A stretch of 63,063 nucleotides of DNA from an uncultured Planctomycetales bacterium (GTDB lineage: Bacteria; Omnitrophota; Gorgyraeia; Zapsychrales; GWA2-47-8): contig CAYING010000001.1 of NCBI GenBank assembly GCA_964364715.1, positions 33,454-96,516 on the forward strand, written 5' to 3'. Position numbers and translations under genes: made by a program. Numbering within the stretch: the first letter of the stretch is position 1; each line of letters starts with the position of its first letter. The notes below the pieces were generated by a model. The model worked only from the letters and a program-made list of their open reading frames with translations. It was not told where the DNA came from and did no database searches. Below are positions 42,020-51,475 of this stretch, piece by piece.

Positions 42020-45000
42020 TGAGCAAGAAAAGTTTACAGCGGGCTGTTTTAGTCTGCGCCGCGGTTTTTGGGCTGGCCGCGGCTTACGGGAATTTTTGCC
42101 GTCAGGCGAAGTACCTGCATTATGAGGTTTTTGATTTTAATCAGACGGTCTCTTGGCAGAAAAAGGACGGGAATATTTTCCGCACCGCGTCGAGGGGTAA
42201 CTTCGATATGTTCCTGCTTGCGAAAGATGATTTTCGGAAAGTATCGCTTAAGCTGAATATCATCAACCCGCGTGACTGCGGGATCCTGTTTAATTATCTT
42301 GGCAAAGATTATTACTATGTGCTGTATTTTGACACGGTCCATCAGGCGGTGTTGTGGCTGCGGATAACGCCGGAGGGAACATCCGTTATTCAGCGGGGAA
42401 TTCTGCCGCCGGTCGCTGTTCTGCCGGTCGAACTGGATCTTTGGAAAGGCGGGGCGAAGTTTTCCATCAAAGGACAAACTCATTCGCAGGTCACGTTCAA
42501 TGATGTTGTGAAGGGGAGCCTGCTTCTGGGCGGGTTGATGATCAAAGATGCCCAGGCTCCCAAGGTCATTTTTAATGATGTTCGCCTCGAGGGGACGACC
42601 AGTGAGGGAACGAGTGTCCAGGGATCTGATTCCATTTCGAATATTCCCCAGGGGCGGTATATTGCAGCGTTGTTGATTTTATGCGCGATGATGACCGCGT
42701 CCGCCTTTATGCTGGCGAGGGTCCTTTCGCGGCTGCAGGAGAAGGATCCCCAAAATAACGAATTCAAATTGTCGGGCTTGCAGGCCGGGCTGATCCACTC
42801 AGCCGCAGCCGCGTTACTATTCCTGCCGTTTATTTTTAAAGGTGAAATTCTTATCTCAAGCGCGGATAACCTCGGACAGATCTTCCCGTTGTTCTTTTTT
42901 TCGAAGCAGAATTTCTTGCAGATCTTCGGCGGGGGAGAGCCGATCCTCTGGAATCCGTATTCGCACAACGGGATCCCGTTCTTTTCCAATCATTGGAATA
43001 TGACCTATTATCCGCTGAATTGGCCTATATTTCTGTTGCCGGATTCATGGGTGATGAGCGCTTTGACTTTGCGCACAATGGTCGAAGTTTTTCTGATCGG
43101 CCTTTTCGGGTATCGTTTGTTCCTGGCGGAATTCGGTTCGGCAAAATGGGCGATGGCCAGTTCGCTTTCGTATCAGTTGGGGTCTTTTTTAATTTTTAGC
43201 TTCACCCTGTTCCCGGTCACGTCATTATTTTTTGCCATGACGTTTTATCTGTACACGCTCTGGACGCTCCCGCAGAGAAAAGATTGGCTGAACGCGGCGA
43301 TGCTGGTGAGCGCGGTTGTTTTGATTTTGCCCGGCGGGAATATGGCGTTTGTGTTTTACGGCGGGCTCACCGTGGCGGTCGCGACGATGTATCGGTGGGC
43401 GAGTGATGGGGAAACACGTAAAAGAGGAATCGTGCTTTTCGGAAGTTTGGTGTCGGCATTTTTGATCAGCGCGGTCCGGATCATTCCGTGCCTATTCGGC
43501 GTCAGTGAAAGTAACCGCGTGGTGGAACATTTTTATACCCTGCATGACCGGGCCGCGATGTTCGTTCGGTTCTTTGTCCCGGAGATCGTCGGCTGGCTGG
43601 GGCCAAATTTTTTTAACGCGCTGACCTCGCCGAATTGGAATTTTATCTATGAGCAGGCGGATCTGCCGTCGAATTCGCAGAACACTTTCTTCGCGTATTT
43701 CGGGATTGTCCCGGGCTTGCTGATCTTGAGCAGTATCCTCATTCCCGTGAAAGGGAAGCTTAAGTTTTGGAAAATCTATTGCTGGGCCGCGATCGCGTTA
43801 GGGTTGATGATCCAACCGTTGTGGGGCATGTTCAATATTTTGACGTTTCCGTTCAATCATTACAGTTATTATATTATCATCCTGCCGCTGGGCGTATGCA
43901 TGCTCGCGGGGTTGACGGGAAAATATTGGGAAGAACAGAGCGTTGATTGGCAGAAATATCGTGAGCGGATCGGCGGCCTTGCCCTGGCGGTGCAGATCTT
44001 GATCGTGGTGATGGTGACGTATCTTTTTCCGCACAATGCACTGTGGGGGAAATTGGCTATCGTGCTTTTGGCGGGATGGTGGCTGGTGCTGCGTTACCTA
44101 AATTTTGTAAATAAGGATAAATATCTTTCGTTCAGCCGGGCCGGATTGCTGGGTCTTTTGTGGATATGGTTTTTCTTTGCTGCGACAGTGCTGGCGATCA
44201 AGCCGATCGTTAATAAAGAATTCATAATGCCTGCGGCGATCCTGCCCATGATCGCGCTTTTTTTAATCGCGGCGTTGGGGAGCGAAATATTCCTGAGAAA
44301 AGGGATGAGATTTGCAGTCCTTTTCCCGGGGGCTGTTTCCGCGGCGGTGTTGGTAATTACAGCGACCCCTTTGCTGGAATTTTTCCTTCAGCTTGAAAAC
44401 GGTGCGCGGAATTATTTTCTCGATATGTCGTTTGCTGAAATAAAATTCTTGGCGCTTTTGCTTTTGTTTTTTGCGGTGCGGGGATTCTTCCGGAGGGGGA
44501 AGATCTCGCCGAGAACGTGCGGAGGGCTATTAATTTTAGTCATCCTTTTTGATCTTTTGGCGTTCAATTACCGTTTTGATAATGTCGTGGCGCCGTCGCC
44601 GTTGGGACAGGCCTTTTATGTCCGCGAGTATTTGTATCGCCCTTTTGAGCCGCGCGTTCATCAGATATTTGATTTAAAGAATTTTCGTATGACTAATCTG
44701 CATAATGCGGGACTGAAAGATAATGAGAATTTGGCTTTAAAAATTCCCAGCTATTCCGGGATCATGGGGCATATGCCGAAACGGTTCTCGAATTTTATCG
44801 TGAACTTCGGCTATCCGGCGCGGACGGTTTTGATCTACCCGTCTGAGTCAACGGACAATGCGCGGTTCTTGGACCTCGGCGCGGTGAAATATATCGGCGG
44901 TTCTGAAGAAGTAAGAGAAACAGCGCTGTCGCGGATGATGTTTTATTCTGATTTTGCGGTTGTTCCGGACGATACGGAAACTTTAAGGACGTTGAAAGAT

Positions 45001-45381
45001 CCGAATTTTATTCCGCAGGAAAAAGTTCTTTTGAGCCGGCAGCCGGAGGGTGTTGTGCCTTTTGTCGGGACCAAAGGAATGCCGGCCGCGATCACGGCAG
45101 TCACGGCTAACAAAATTACTGCGGAGGTGACCGCAATTCAGCCGGGGGTTTTGTTGTTTGCGGAAAGTTTTGATAAAGGCTGGCGGGCCACCGTGGACGG
45201 CAGACGTGTTGAAGTTATTCCGGCGAATTATGCCTTTATGGCGATCCCGGTTGAAAAAGGGGAGCATGCCGTGGTTTTCCGGTATGCGCCGTCGCTGTAT
45301 GTTTTTTCTTTGATTTTAAGCGGGATCGGATTATTTTTATTCGGTATTTTTATGATTTATCTTTTAAGAAAGAAAGCATAA
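42019..45381 (+). CDS. Giant YfhO-like GT-C-type membrane protein with N-terminal beta-sandwich (LamG/DUF1080-like) domain
   Basis: 1120 aa. C-terminal signature FDKGWRATVDGRRVEVIPANYAFMAIPVEKGEHAVVFRY. The roughly 200-aa N-terminal soluble domain follows a signal anchor. Confidence 0.7.
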   Translation: MSKKSLQRAVLVCAAVFGLAAAYGNFCRQAKYLHYEVFDFNQTVSWQKKDGNIFRTASRGNFDMFLLAKDDFRKVSLKLNIINPRDCGILFNYLGKDYYYVLYFDTVHQAVLWLRITPEGTSVIQRGILPPVAVLPVELDLWKGGAKFSIKGQTHSQVTFNDVVKGSLLLGGLMIKDAQAPKVIFNDVRLEGTTSEGTSVQGSDSISNIPQGRYIAALLILCAMMTASAFMLARVLSRLQEKDPQNNEFKLSGLQAGLIHSAAAALLFLPFIFKGEILISSADNLGQIFPLFFFSKQNFLQIFGGGEPILWNPYSHNGIPFFSNHWNMTYYPLNWPIFLLPDSWVMSALTLRTMVEVFLIGLFGYRLFLAEFGSAKWAMASSLSYQLGSFLIFSFTLFPVTSLFFAMTFYLYTLWTLPQRKDWLNAAMLVSAVVLILPGGNMAFVFYGGLTVAVATMYRWASDGETRKRGIVLFGSLVSAFLISAVRIIPCLFGVSESNRVVEHFYTLHDRAAMFVRFFVPEIVGWLGPNFFNALTSPNWNFIYEQADLPSNSQNTFFAYFGIVPGLLILSSILIPVKGKLKFWKIYCWAAIALGLMIQPLWGMFNILTFPFNHYSYYIIILPLGVCMLAGLTGKYWEEQSVDWQKYRERIGGLALAVQILIVVMVTYLFPHNALWGKLAIVLLAGWWLVLRYLNFVNKDKYLSFSRAGLLGLLWIWFFFAATVLAIKPIVNKEFIMPAAILPMIALFLIAALGSEIFLRKGMRFAVLFPGAVSAAVLVITATPLLEFFLQLENGARNYFLDMSFAEIKFLALLLLFFAVRGFFRRGKISPRTCGGLLILVILFDLLAFNYRFDNVVAPSPLGQAFYVREYLYRPFEPRVHQIFDLKNFRMTNLHNAGLKDNENLALKIPSYSGIMGHMPKRFSNFIVNFGYPARTVLIYPSESTDNARFLDLGAVKYIGGSEEVRETALSRMMFYSDFAVVPDDTETLRTLKDPNFIPQEKVLLSRQPEGVVPFVGTKGMPAAITAVTANKITAEVTAIQPGVLLFAESFDKGWRATVDGRRVEVIPANYAFMAIPVEKGEHAVVFRYAPSLYVFSLILSGIGLFLFGIFMIYLLRKKA

Positions 45382-46094
45382 TGAAAAAATATCTGGTCGG
45401 CAGCTGCGCCTTCAACGAAGGCGAAAAGGTCAGGCGGGTCATTCAAAAGTACAATGACTACGGCCGGTACGATGTTTTGATCATTGACGACGGGTCGACG
45501 GACGGTTCGTTGAACTCGATTCCGAAAGGCATTCCGGCGGCCGTGATCCGCAATGAGACAACGCAGGGGGCGGGCCATTGCATCCGTCAGATCTTCGACT
45601 GTGCGCTTAATAAAGGATACGAAGCGGTTCTTTTCGCTTCCGGTAATGACAAGGACGATCCGAAAGATATTGCGAAACTCATTCAGGCCATTGAACAGGG
45701 CGGTGACTTTGTCCAGGGTTCAAGATATTTAAAAGGCGGCGGGCACGGGCGGATGCCGTTGTATCGGAAAATTTCCACGCGGTTCATTCATCCGTTTTTG
45801 TTTTCGCTCATTGCCGGGCGGCAGATCACCGACAGTACCAACGGTTTCCGCGCGGTGCGGCTGTCACTTCTGAAGGATCCGCGGATCGATATTCAGCAGG
45901 AGTGGCTGGATAAATATGAGCTGGAACCGTATATGTTTTATAAAGCGATCAAGCTCGGCTACAATGTGATCGAGGTGCCGGTGACAAAGATTTATCCCTC
46001 GAAAGCGCAAGGCTATACTAAAATGAAATCCTTCAGCGGCTGGTGGAGCATCCTGCGGCCGCTCGTATATCTCGGATTGGGGATCAAAAAGTAA
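45381..46094 (+). CDS. GT2 glycosyltransferase (second GtrB/DPM1-like)
   Basis: IIDDGSTDGS motif, an SGNDKDD acidic motif and GFRAV. Confidence 0.75.
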   Translation: MKKYLVGSCAFNEGEKVRRVIQKYNDYGRYDVLIIDDGSTDGSLNSIPKGIPAAVIRNETTQGAGHCIRQIFDCALNKGYEAVLFASGNDKDDPKDIAKLIQAIEQGGDFVQGSRYLKGGGHGRMPLYRKISTRFIHPFLFSLIAGRQITDSTNGFRAVRLSLLKDPRIDIQQEWLDKYELEPYMFYKAIKLGYNVIEVPVTKIYPSKAQGYTKMKSFSGWWSILRPLVYLGLGIKK

Positions 46095-47696
46095 ATGTCG
46101 GCTGACCAAAATAAACTTTTACGGACCGTGGCGACGGCATTCGCCGCCTTTATTTTTGCGCTGGGGTTTTACTGGCGTATTGTTGATATCCAGCGTGCAA
46201 ATTTTTTCTTGTTCGATGAAGGTTATTATTTGAATTTTAACCGCAAGTTTGTTGAGCTGGCCGCGTATTTTTCCCCGAAGAATTTCGCTGAATTCATCCA
46301 GGCATTCTGGACGCTGATCCGGGTCTCGCTGGGGACCGGGAAGGCGTTGTGGTTTTTTATCGTGGACGGACGGGTGTTCTTAGGGCTGGCCCACGCCTGG
46401 TATTTTCCAAAAATAATTTCGATGCTGGCCGGGTTCGGAACGATCGCGATGACGTATCTGTTTGCCCGGCGGTATTTTGATTCGAAGGAGATCGCGCTTC
46501 TCAGTGCCGCGCTTCTGAGCATACTGCCGAGCCATGTTTTCTATTCCCGATTAGGCATTCAGGAAGCCTTGAGCGGATTGTTTTTTCTGTCCGGGTTTTA
46601 CTTGTATATTTTTCCGCGATCGTTCGGCCGGCGGACGTTTGTTTCAGCTGTTCTTTTCGTCGGCGCGTATTTTACAAATTACCGTCTGATCTTTATTCCG
46701 GGAATGGTTTTTTTGACGGAATTCTTTTTGTCTTGGGCTGAAAAGAGAAAGTTTGATCTGCGAAAAATTGTTTGGCACACGCTTACCTTTGCCGGCCTTT
46801 TGCTCTTGCTCGCGTGTCTGGACCGGGCGCAGAACATGGCCGTGACTTTTACCTGGATGTCGCATCAGGCGGGCCTGGCGAAAGAAAAGGCGGACCTGCT
46901 TAATTTTCTTTCGTACCCCTATTATTTATTTAAATTGGAAAGTTTTTCGTTCGGTCTGGTGTTCTGGGCCGGCGCGTATCTTGTTTTTAAAAAAGAATGG
47001 CAGAAAAGTTTTCCGTTTTTGTTCGTCTTGCTCCTGATGGGGATATTTTCGCTGACCGAAGACAAGGCGGCGCGGTATCTGTGTGTTGGGTTGCCCTTCG
47101 TTGTGATGGCGGTCGCGGTATTCTGGGCGGAAATTTACCGAAAGTGCGCGGACCATGTTTCGGGCAAAATCATCGGGCTCGCGACTGTGATCCTCGCGTT
47201 GAGCTTGTGCCCCAACGCCTTGATGATCGCAACGGCCAGATCCGATTATGAGCGTTCGGTTCAGGATGTCTTGGCTGAGCAAAAGGACGCCAAATTTCTT
47301 TCTACCCAGCCGTGGGTGCAGCGGCTGTTCGTCCCGCAGGCATCTTCCGTTGCTGAGGCCCCGCATACTTTTGAACAGTTGGTCGATTTTCACCAAAAAG
47401 GGTTTAACTATTTGGTGATCGATCCGCAGTCATATATTTCATACGCACAAAGTAAAAATAAATTTGATCCGAACTTGGAAAATTATTTGGGGTTTGTGAA
47501 CGCCGCCCTTGTGCCGGCGAAGATCTATCCGCATTTCAATGAAGTGATCTTGGAGCGGTTCGTTTTCGAGCACAATGAGAACCTGCGTCGGTCGCTGGCC
47601 TTTTTGAAGGAGCGCAACCGCGGGATCGGGACGCTGAGAGTTTACGATGTGAAGCAATGTATCGATATAGTGATCAAGGAATTATCCGTGGAATGA
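46095..47696 (+). CDS. GT-C fold glycosyltransferase, family 39-like (PMT_2/ArnT-like)
   Basis: The first-loop FDEGYY motif follows TM1. Polytopic, with a soluble C-terminal domain. Confidence 0.65.
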   Translation: MSADQNKLLRTVATAFAAFIFALGFYWRIVDIQRANFFLFDEGYYLNFNRKFVELAAYFSPKNFAEFIQAFWTLIRVSLGTGKALWFFIVDGRVFLGLAHAWYFPKIISMLAGFGTIAMTYLFARRYFDSKEIALLSAALLSILPSHVFYSRLGIQEALSGLFFLSGFYLYIFPRSFGRRTFVSAVLFVGAYFTNYRLIFIPGMVFLTEFFLSWAEKRKFDLRKIVWHTLTFAGLLLLLACLDRAQNMAVTFTWMSHQAGLAKEKADLLNFLSYPYYLFKLESFSFGLVFWAGAYLVFKKEWQKSFPFLFVLLLMGIFSLTEDKAARYLCVGLPFVVMAVAVFWAEIYRKCADHVSGKIIGLATVILALSLCPNALMIATARSDYERSVQDVLAEQKDAKFLSTQPWVQRLFVPQASSVAEAPHTFEQLVDFHQKGFNYLVIDPQSYISYAQSKNKFDPNLENYLGFVNAALVPAKIYPHFNEVILERFVFEHNENLRRSLAFLKERNRGIGTLRVYDVKQCIDIVIKELSVE

Positions 47697-48724
47697 CGGT
47701 CAAGACACTTTCTTATAATGAAGCTTCATCCAGAATTAAACTTCTGCATCTGGACCGCAATCTTTTTTCTTCCCCTTCTTGGGTCTCCGTTTTGCAGAAA
47801 ACGTACAATATTACGATCTTTGTTAAATACATCGAGCGTAATGGAGCGGTAGACAGTTACATTCTTTATTCCGTTGTGAAAAATTTTTTGGAATGGAAGA
47901 TTTGCGTCCTTTCGTATTGCGATTACTGCGACTGCCCGGTTAAAAGCAAAGAGGATTGGAAATTATTCTTTGCGGACCTGCGCCGGGAATACCCGATGTC
48001 CCGGATCGCGGTTCGGAACCTGCGTGATGAAACGGCGCTCGCGTGCGGATGTTTTCAGGTCTTGAGCCGGGAGCGGTTTCATCTTTTGGACGTGAGGGAG
48101 CCGGTTGAGGCGGTCTGGAAAAAAACGCATGAATCTTTCCGGTCAGCGGTCAAACAGAGTCAGAAGGCGGGGGCGGTTGTGAGGCGCTGCGATAAGGCCG
48201 GCCTTAAAAAATTTTTTGACCTTCACTTAAGTTTGCGCAAAAATAAGTACCGATTGTTCCCGCAGCCTTACCGGTTTTTTGACAACATCTGGCAGGAGTA
48301 TATGGAGAAAGACCGGGGCGTTTTGCTCGGCGCTTTTGACAGCCGGGGAAATTTTATCGGTGGAAATGTTTATCTGATCTGCGGGGATACGTTATACTAC
48401 AAATTCAATACGTCCAGCGTAACTTCACTGAAATTGAGGCCCAATAACCGGCTTTTCTGGGAAGGAATTAAGTTTGCTAAAGAGCGGGATCTCGGGTATA
48501 TTGATCTTGGTTCCAGCGGAATAGAACAGCACGGCCTTATCGCGTTTAAGAATCATACCGGCGCGGCAATGATGGACATCACGCATTTGGGTTATGCGCC
48601 GCCCGGATATAAGTTCAGCCAGAAGCGCATCTTAAGGGTTATGACAAGCTTTTTTACGCAGGATTGGGTGCCGCCTGGAATGGTACGCTTCGGGAGTAAT
48701 ATCATTTATCCGTATTTAGCGTAG
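47693..48724 (+). CDS. FemAB/BioF2-like GNAT-fold acyl- or aminoacyl-transferase
   Basis: About 340 aa. Its pattern resembles the FemAB-related proteins found in exopolysaccharide loci. ATGA overlap with the upstream stop. Confidence 0.55.
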   Translation: MTVKTLSYNEASSRIKLLHLDRNLFSSPSWVSVLQKTYNITIFVKYIERNGAVDSYILYSVVKNFLEWKICVLSYCDYCDCPVKSKEDWKLFFADLRREYPMSRIAVRNLRDETALACGCFQVLSRERFHLLDVREPVEAVWKKTHESFRSAVKQSQKAGAVVRRCDKAGLKKFFDLHLSLRKNKYRLFPQPYRFFDNIWQEYMEKDRGVLLGAFDSRGNFIGGNVYLICGDTLYYKFNTSSVTSLKLRPNNRLFWEGIKFAKERDLGYIDLGSSGIEQHGLIAFKNHTGAAMMDITHLGYAPPGYKFSQKRILRVMTSFFTQDWVPPGMVRFGSNIIYPYLA

Positions 48725-48746
48725 AGGATGTATAAACTGAACTGAT

Positions 48747-49961
48747 ATGAAGAAAAATATTCTCACCTCAATTGTTGTCATTGCGCTATCAATCGTTTTT
48801 TTTGCCGATCATAACGGCAATTCCGCCCCGACACCTATTGCCCCGAACCACGAAGTGGTCGGCGCCTATGAACTTGTTATCCGCTACAATCCTTCGATCA
48901 GCGTTTTGCGTATTTTCCAGTGGAGCCCTGGAATTTTATCCAGAGGCACGGTTGATATCGGGTACATCGATCAGCCGCAGGTCGAAGCCGGCCAATATAT
49001 TCATCTGGCGTATATGAAGCTCGACGCTGCTAACCGCGATACGGTCCAGTATCGGCTTTATCAAGACACGCAGCAGCTTTTACAGTCCTACCAGTTTCCG
49101 TTACCTCCTAAAACCGATGTCAAGGCGATCGCCCTGCGTTTGAACGGCCCGGAGGTCCATGTGGTGATCGCTGGGGTAAATCCGCAAACTCTTCAGTCCG
49201 TGATTTATTATTTTACGCGGGCAACAGCTACTGCTTCCTGGCAGCTGCAAAGATTTTCGGTTGCCGGCCTCGCGGGAGATGGATTGGAATTCGATCTGTT
49301 TCCACAGATCAATTATGCCGCGGTTGCTTTTACCCGGCAAACAGCGGCAAGCCGCGATGTGGTCGTCCTGGAAATTAATCATGCCAACCGCACCAATATC
49401 CAGTCAGTCGTTTTTACCGGGAACGCTTATTTAGGGAATGCCGGCGCTGACCGGGTCAGGCCGATCAGTTTTCGTATTTCGCCGTATATGTTCTCTGCCT
49501 GGCTGAATTATGCCCAGACCGATCTCTTGAATAATCCGCAGCTTGGGGTGCAGATGGATGAAGGCGGCTTTGCCCAGCCGATGGTTTGGCAGTCGAGAAA
49601 TAATTTTTCCAGCGCTTGGGGCTCTTCGGTTTCGTACCGTTTTCCGTTCGGCTTTAATGTGGCGACCGTTGAAGGGCAGGGAAGTTTTTCATCCGGAGGC
49701 AGAGACTTGTATCTGTATGGATCTCCGAACGGAGTGGTGGGACCGCCGGTGTTGTTGGATTCAGGCCCGCAATTTCATTTTCCGGCGATCACCCGTCAGG
49801 ATGCCAACGGAAATTTTTATATCGGGGTCGCTGCGATGACTAATCCGTCTTTGGGGCAGGGGGAGCTCCGTCTCTATAACCCGCAAGGCAGTTATGTTCT
49901 TCTGGAACCTTCCGGAGGGGCGGTCTATTATAGGGAATTAGACGTGGATTTGCGTTACTAG
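48747..49961 (+). CDS. Hypothetical secreted protein
   Basis: Signal peptide and a beta-rich composition. No motif recognised. Confidence 0.6.
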   Translation: MKKNILTSIVVIALSIVFFADHNGNSAPTPIAPNHEVVGAYELVIRYNPSISVLRIFQWSPGILSRGTVDIGYIDQPQVEAGQYIHLAYMKLDAANRDTVQYRLYQDTQQLLQSYQFPLPPKTDVKAIALRLNGPEVHVVIAGVNPQTLQSVIYYFTRATATASWQLQRFSVAGLAGDGLEFDLFPQINYAAVAFTRQTAASRDVVVLEINHANRTNIQSVVFTGNAYLGNAGADRVRPISFRISPYMFSAWLNYAQTDLLNNPQLGVQMDEGGFAQPMVWQSRNNFSSAWGSSVSYRFPFGFNVATVEGQGSFSSGGRDLYLYGSPNGVVGPPVLLDSGPQFHFPAITRQDANGNFYIGVAAMTNPSLGQGELRLYNPQGSYVLLEPSGGAVYYRELDVDLRY

Positions 49962-49962
49962 A

Positions 49963-50241
49963 ATGGTATATCTGGTTCATATGTGTGGCTGGGCCGGAAC
50001 ATTTTTGATCGTCCTCGCGTATTATTTGGTTTCCAATAATAAAATCAATGCGGATAGTGTGACGTACCAATGGGTCAATCTGATCGGGGCCTTGGCGATC
50101 GGTGTTCATGTCCTGTATCAAAAAGCCTGGGCTGCGGTAACGCTGGAAATAATTTGGGCCGTCATCGCCATCGGGGCGTTGGTGCGGGTAAAAAAGAAAA
50201 TGGAAAAGCCCCGCCACGGCGGGACAAGGAGTAATTTATGA
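49963..50241 (+). CDS. Small 3-TM membrane protein
   Basis: 92-aa hydrophobic ORF, tightly packed between neighbours. Confidence 0.55.
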   Translation: MVYLVHMCGWAGTFLIVLAYYLVSNNKINADSVTYQWVNLIGALAIGVHVLYQKAWAAVTLEIIWAVIAIGALVRVKKKMEKPRHGGTRSNL

Positions 50242-50918
50242 ACACAGTTCGTTGGTTACGAAACGGAGTTTTAACGATCACAGTGTTGAGTTTCTGCACG
50301 CTGTCCAGTGCCGCTTATAAAGATAAAATGAAAAAGGAAGATGCCCCGGCGCCTGTTCAGGAACAAGCTGCTCCGGCCGCCGTTGAACCGGTTGCTGCTG
50401 CGGCTGATCCCCAAACTGAAATGATGGCGAAAATGCAGGAATACGGAACCCCGAATGAAAATCACAAAGTTTTGGAATCCATGGTCGGCAGCTGGGACCA
50501 CACCGTAAAGTGGTGGAAAGCCACGGGTACGGAACCGGAAGTATCAACCGGCACAACTGAAAGCAAGTGGATCTTGGGTGGCCGCTTCGTCGAAGGGGCC
50601 GTCGCCGGAACCATGATGGGGCAACCGTTTGAGGGTAAAAGCGTTGTCGGCTATGACAATGTCAAAAAGGAATATACTTCCCTCTGGATCGACAACATGG
50701 CCACCGGGGTTATGATCTCATCCAGCACCTACGATGCGGCGACCAAGACTTTTGCCGAAAAGGGAAATTTCTCCTGCCCGATCATGGGGGCAAATATGGC
50801 CTACCGCGGGATGATCAAGATCAACGACGAGAATTCCTATGTGTATGAAATGTATATGACCGATCCTGAAGGAAAAGAAATGAAGTCGATGGAGATCGCG
50901 TATACACGCAAACAATAG
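50238..50918 (+). CDS. DUF1579 family secreted protein
   Basis: Signal peptide and the GSWDHTVKWW...WILGGRFVEG pattern. Confidence 0.65.
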   Translation: MNTVRWLRNGVLTITVLSFCTLSSAAYKDKMKKEDAPAPVQEQAAPAAVEPVAAAADPQTEMMAKMQEYGTPNENHKVLESMVGSWDHTVKWWKATGTEPEVSTGTTESKWILGGRFVEGAVAGTMMGQPFEGKSVVGYDNVKKEYTSLWIDNMATGVMISSSTYDAATKTFAEKGNFSCPIMGANMAYRGMIKINDENSYVYEMYMTDPEGKEMKSMEIAYTRKQ

Positions 50919-51009
50919 TCGGCGGTTTTTTGTTCGGCAGTATCGGGTTTGTGCGGGCGGCGCAGGTCTGACCGCTTTATTGTATTTTGGCCGGGATTAA
51001 AGGAAGAGA

Positions 51010-51465
51010 ATGAAGATGTTCGATATTACCGTTGAAAATGTTATGTGTGATCATCCCATTAAGGTGAGGGACAATATCCTGCTGGGGAGTGTGGCGCATT
51101 TATTGCTGCGTCATCAGATTAACGGTGTTTTGGTCGTTAAAAGCAATGATGAGAATAAACTCGTCGGAATCATTACGACCACGGATTTGCTGCGGCTCAT
51201 CAATAATGCCTTGAACACGCGTACTCAGCGGCTCAATGCCCTTAAAAAGATCGGCCTGGCGAAAGTCGGGGAGGTCGCCAGTAAGAAAATCATTTCTTTA
51301 CAGAAAAATGACAGCATTATGAAGGCCATTATTTTGATGCATCGTAAAAATATTCATACCATTCCGATTTACGCAAAAATAAACTTGTCGGTGTCATCGG
51401 TAAACATGATGTGCTCAATAGGGCATTGGTTTAATCCGGGGATCCGGGGTAAAGGAGCGATTTGA
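51010..51465 (+). pseudogene. CBS-pair protein with a 1-nt frameshift in an A5 run
   Basis: The frame after 51378 reads INLSVSSVNMM.... The -1 frame reads NKLVGVIGKHDVLNRALV*, the canonical end of a CBS motif, stopping at 51434. Confidence 0.7.
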
Positions 51466-51475
51466 CCGATCGCGT

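Noticed and set aside
51373-51381. I considered programmed -1 ribosomal frameshifting at the CBS gene.
   Set aside because: The site is only A5 flanked by C and T, not an X XXY YYZ heptamer. No downstream structure is evident, and the 0-frame extension looks like random sequence. An indel or homopolymer error is the simpler explanation.
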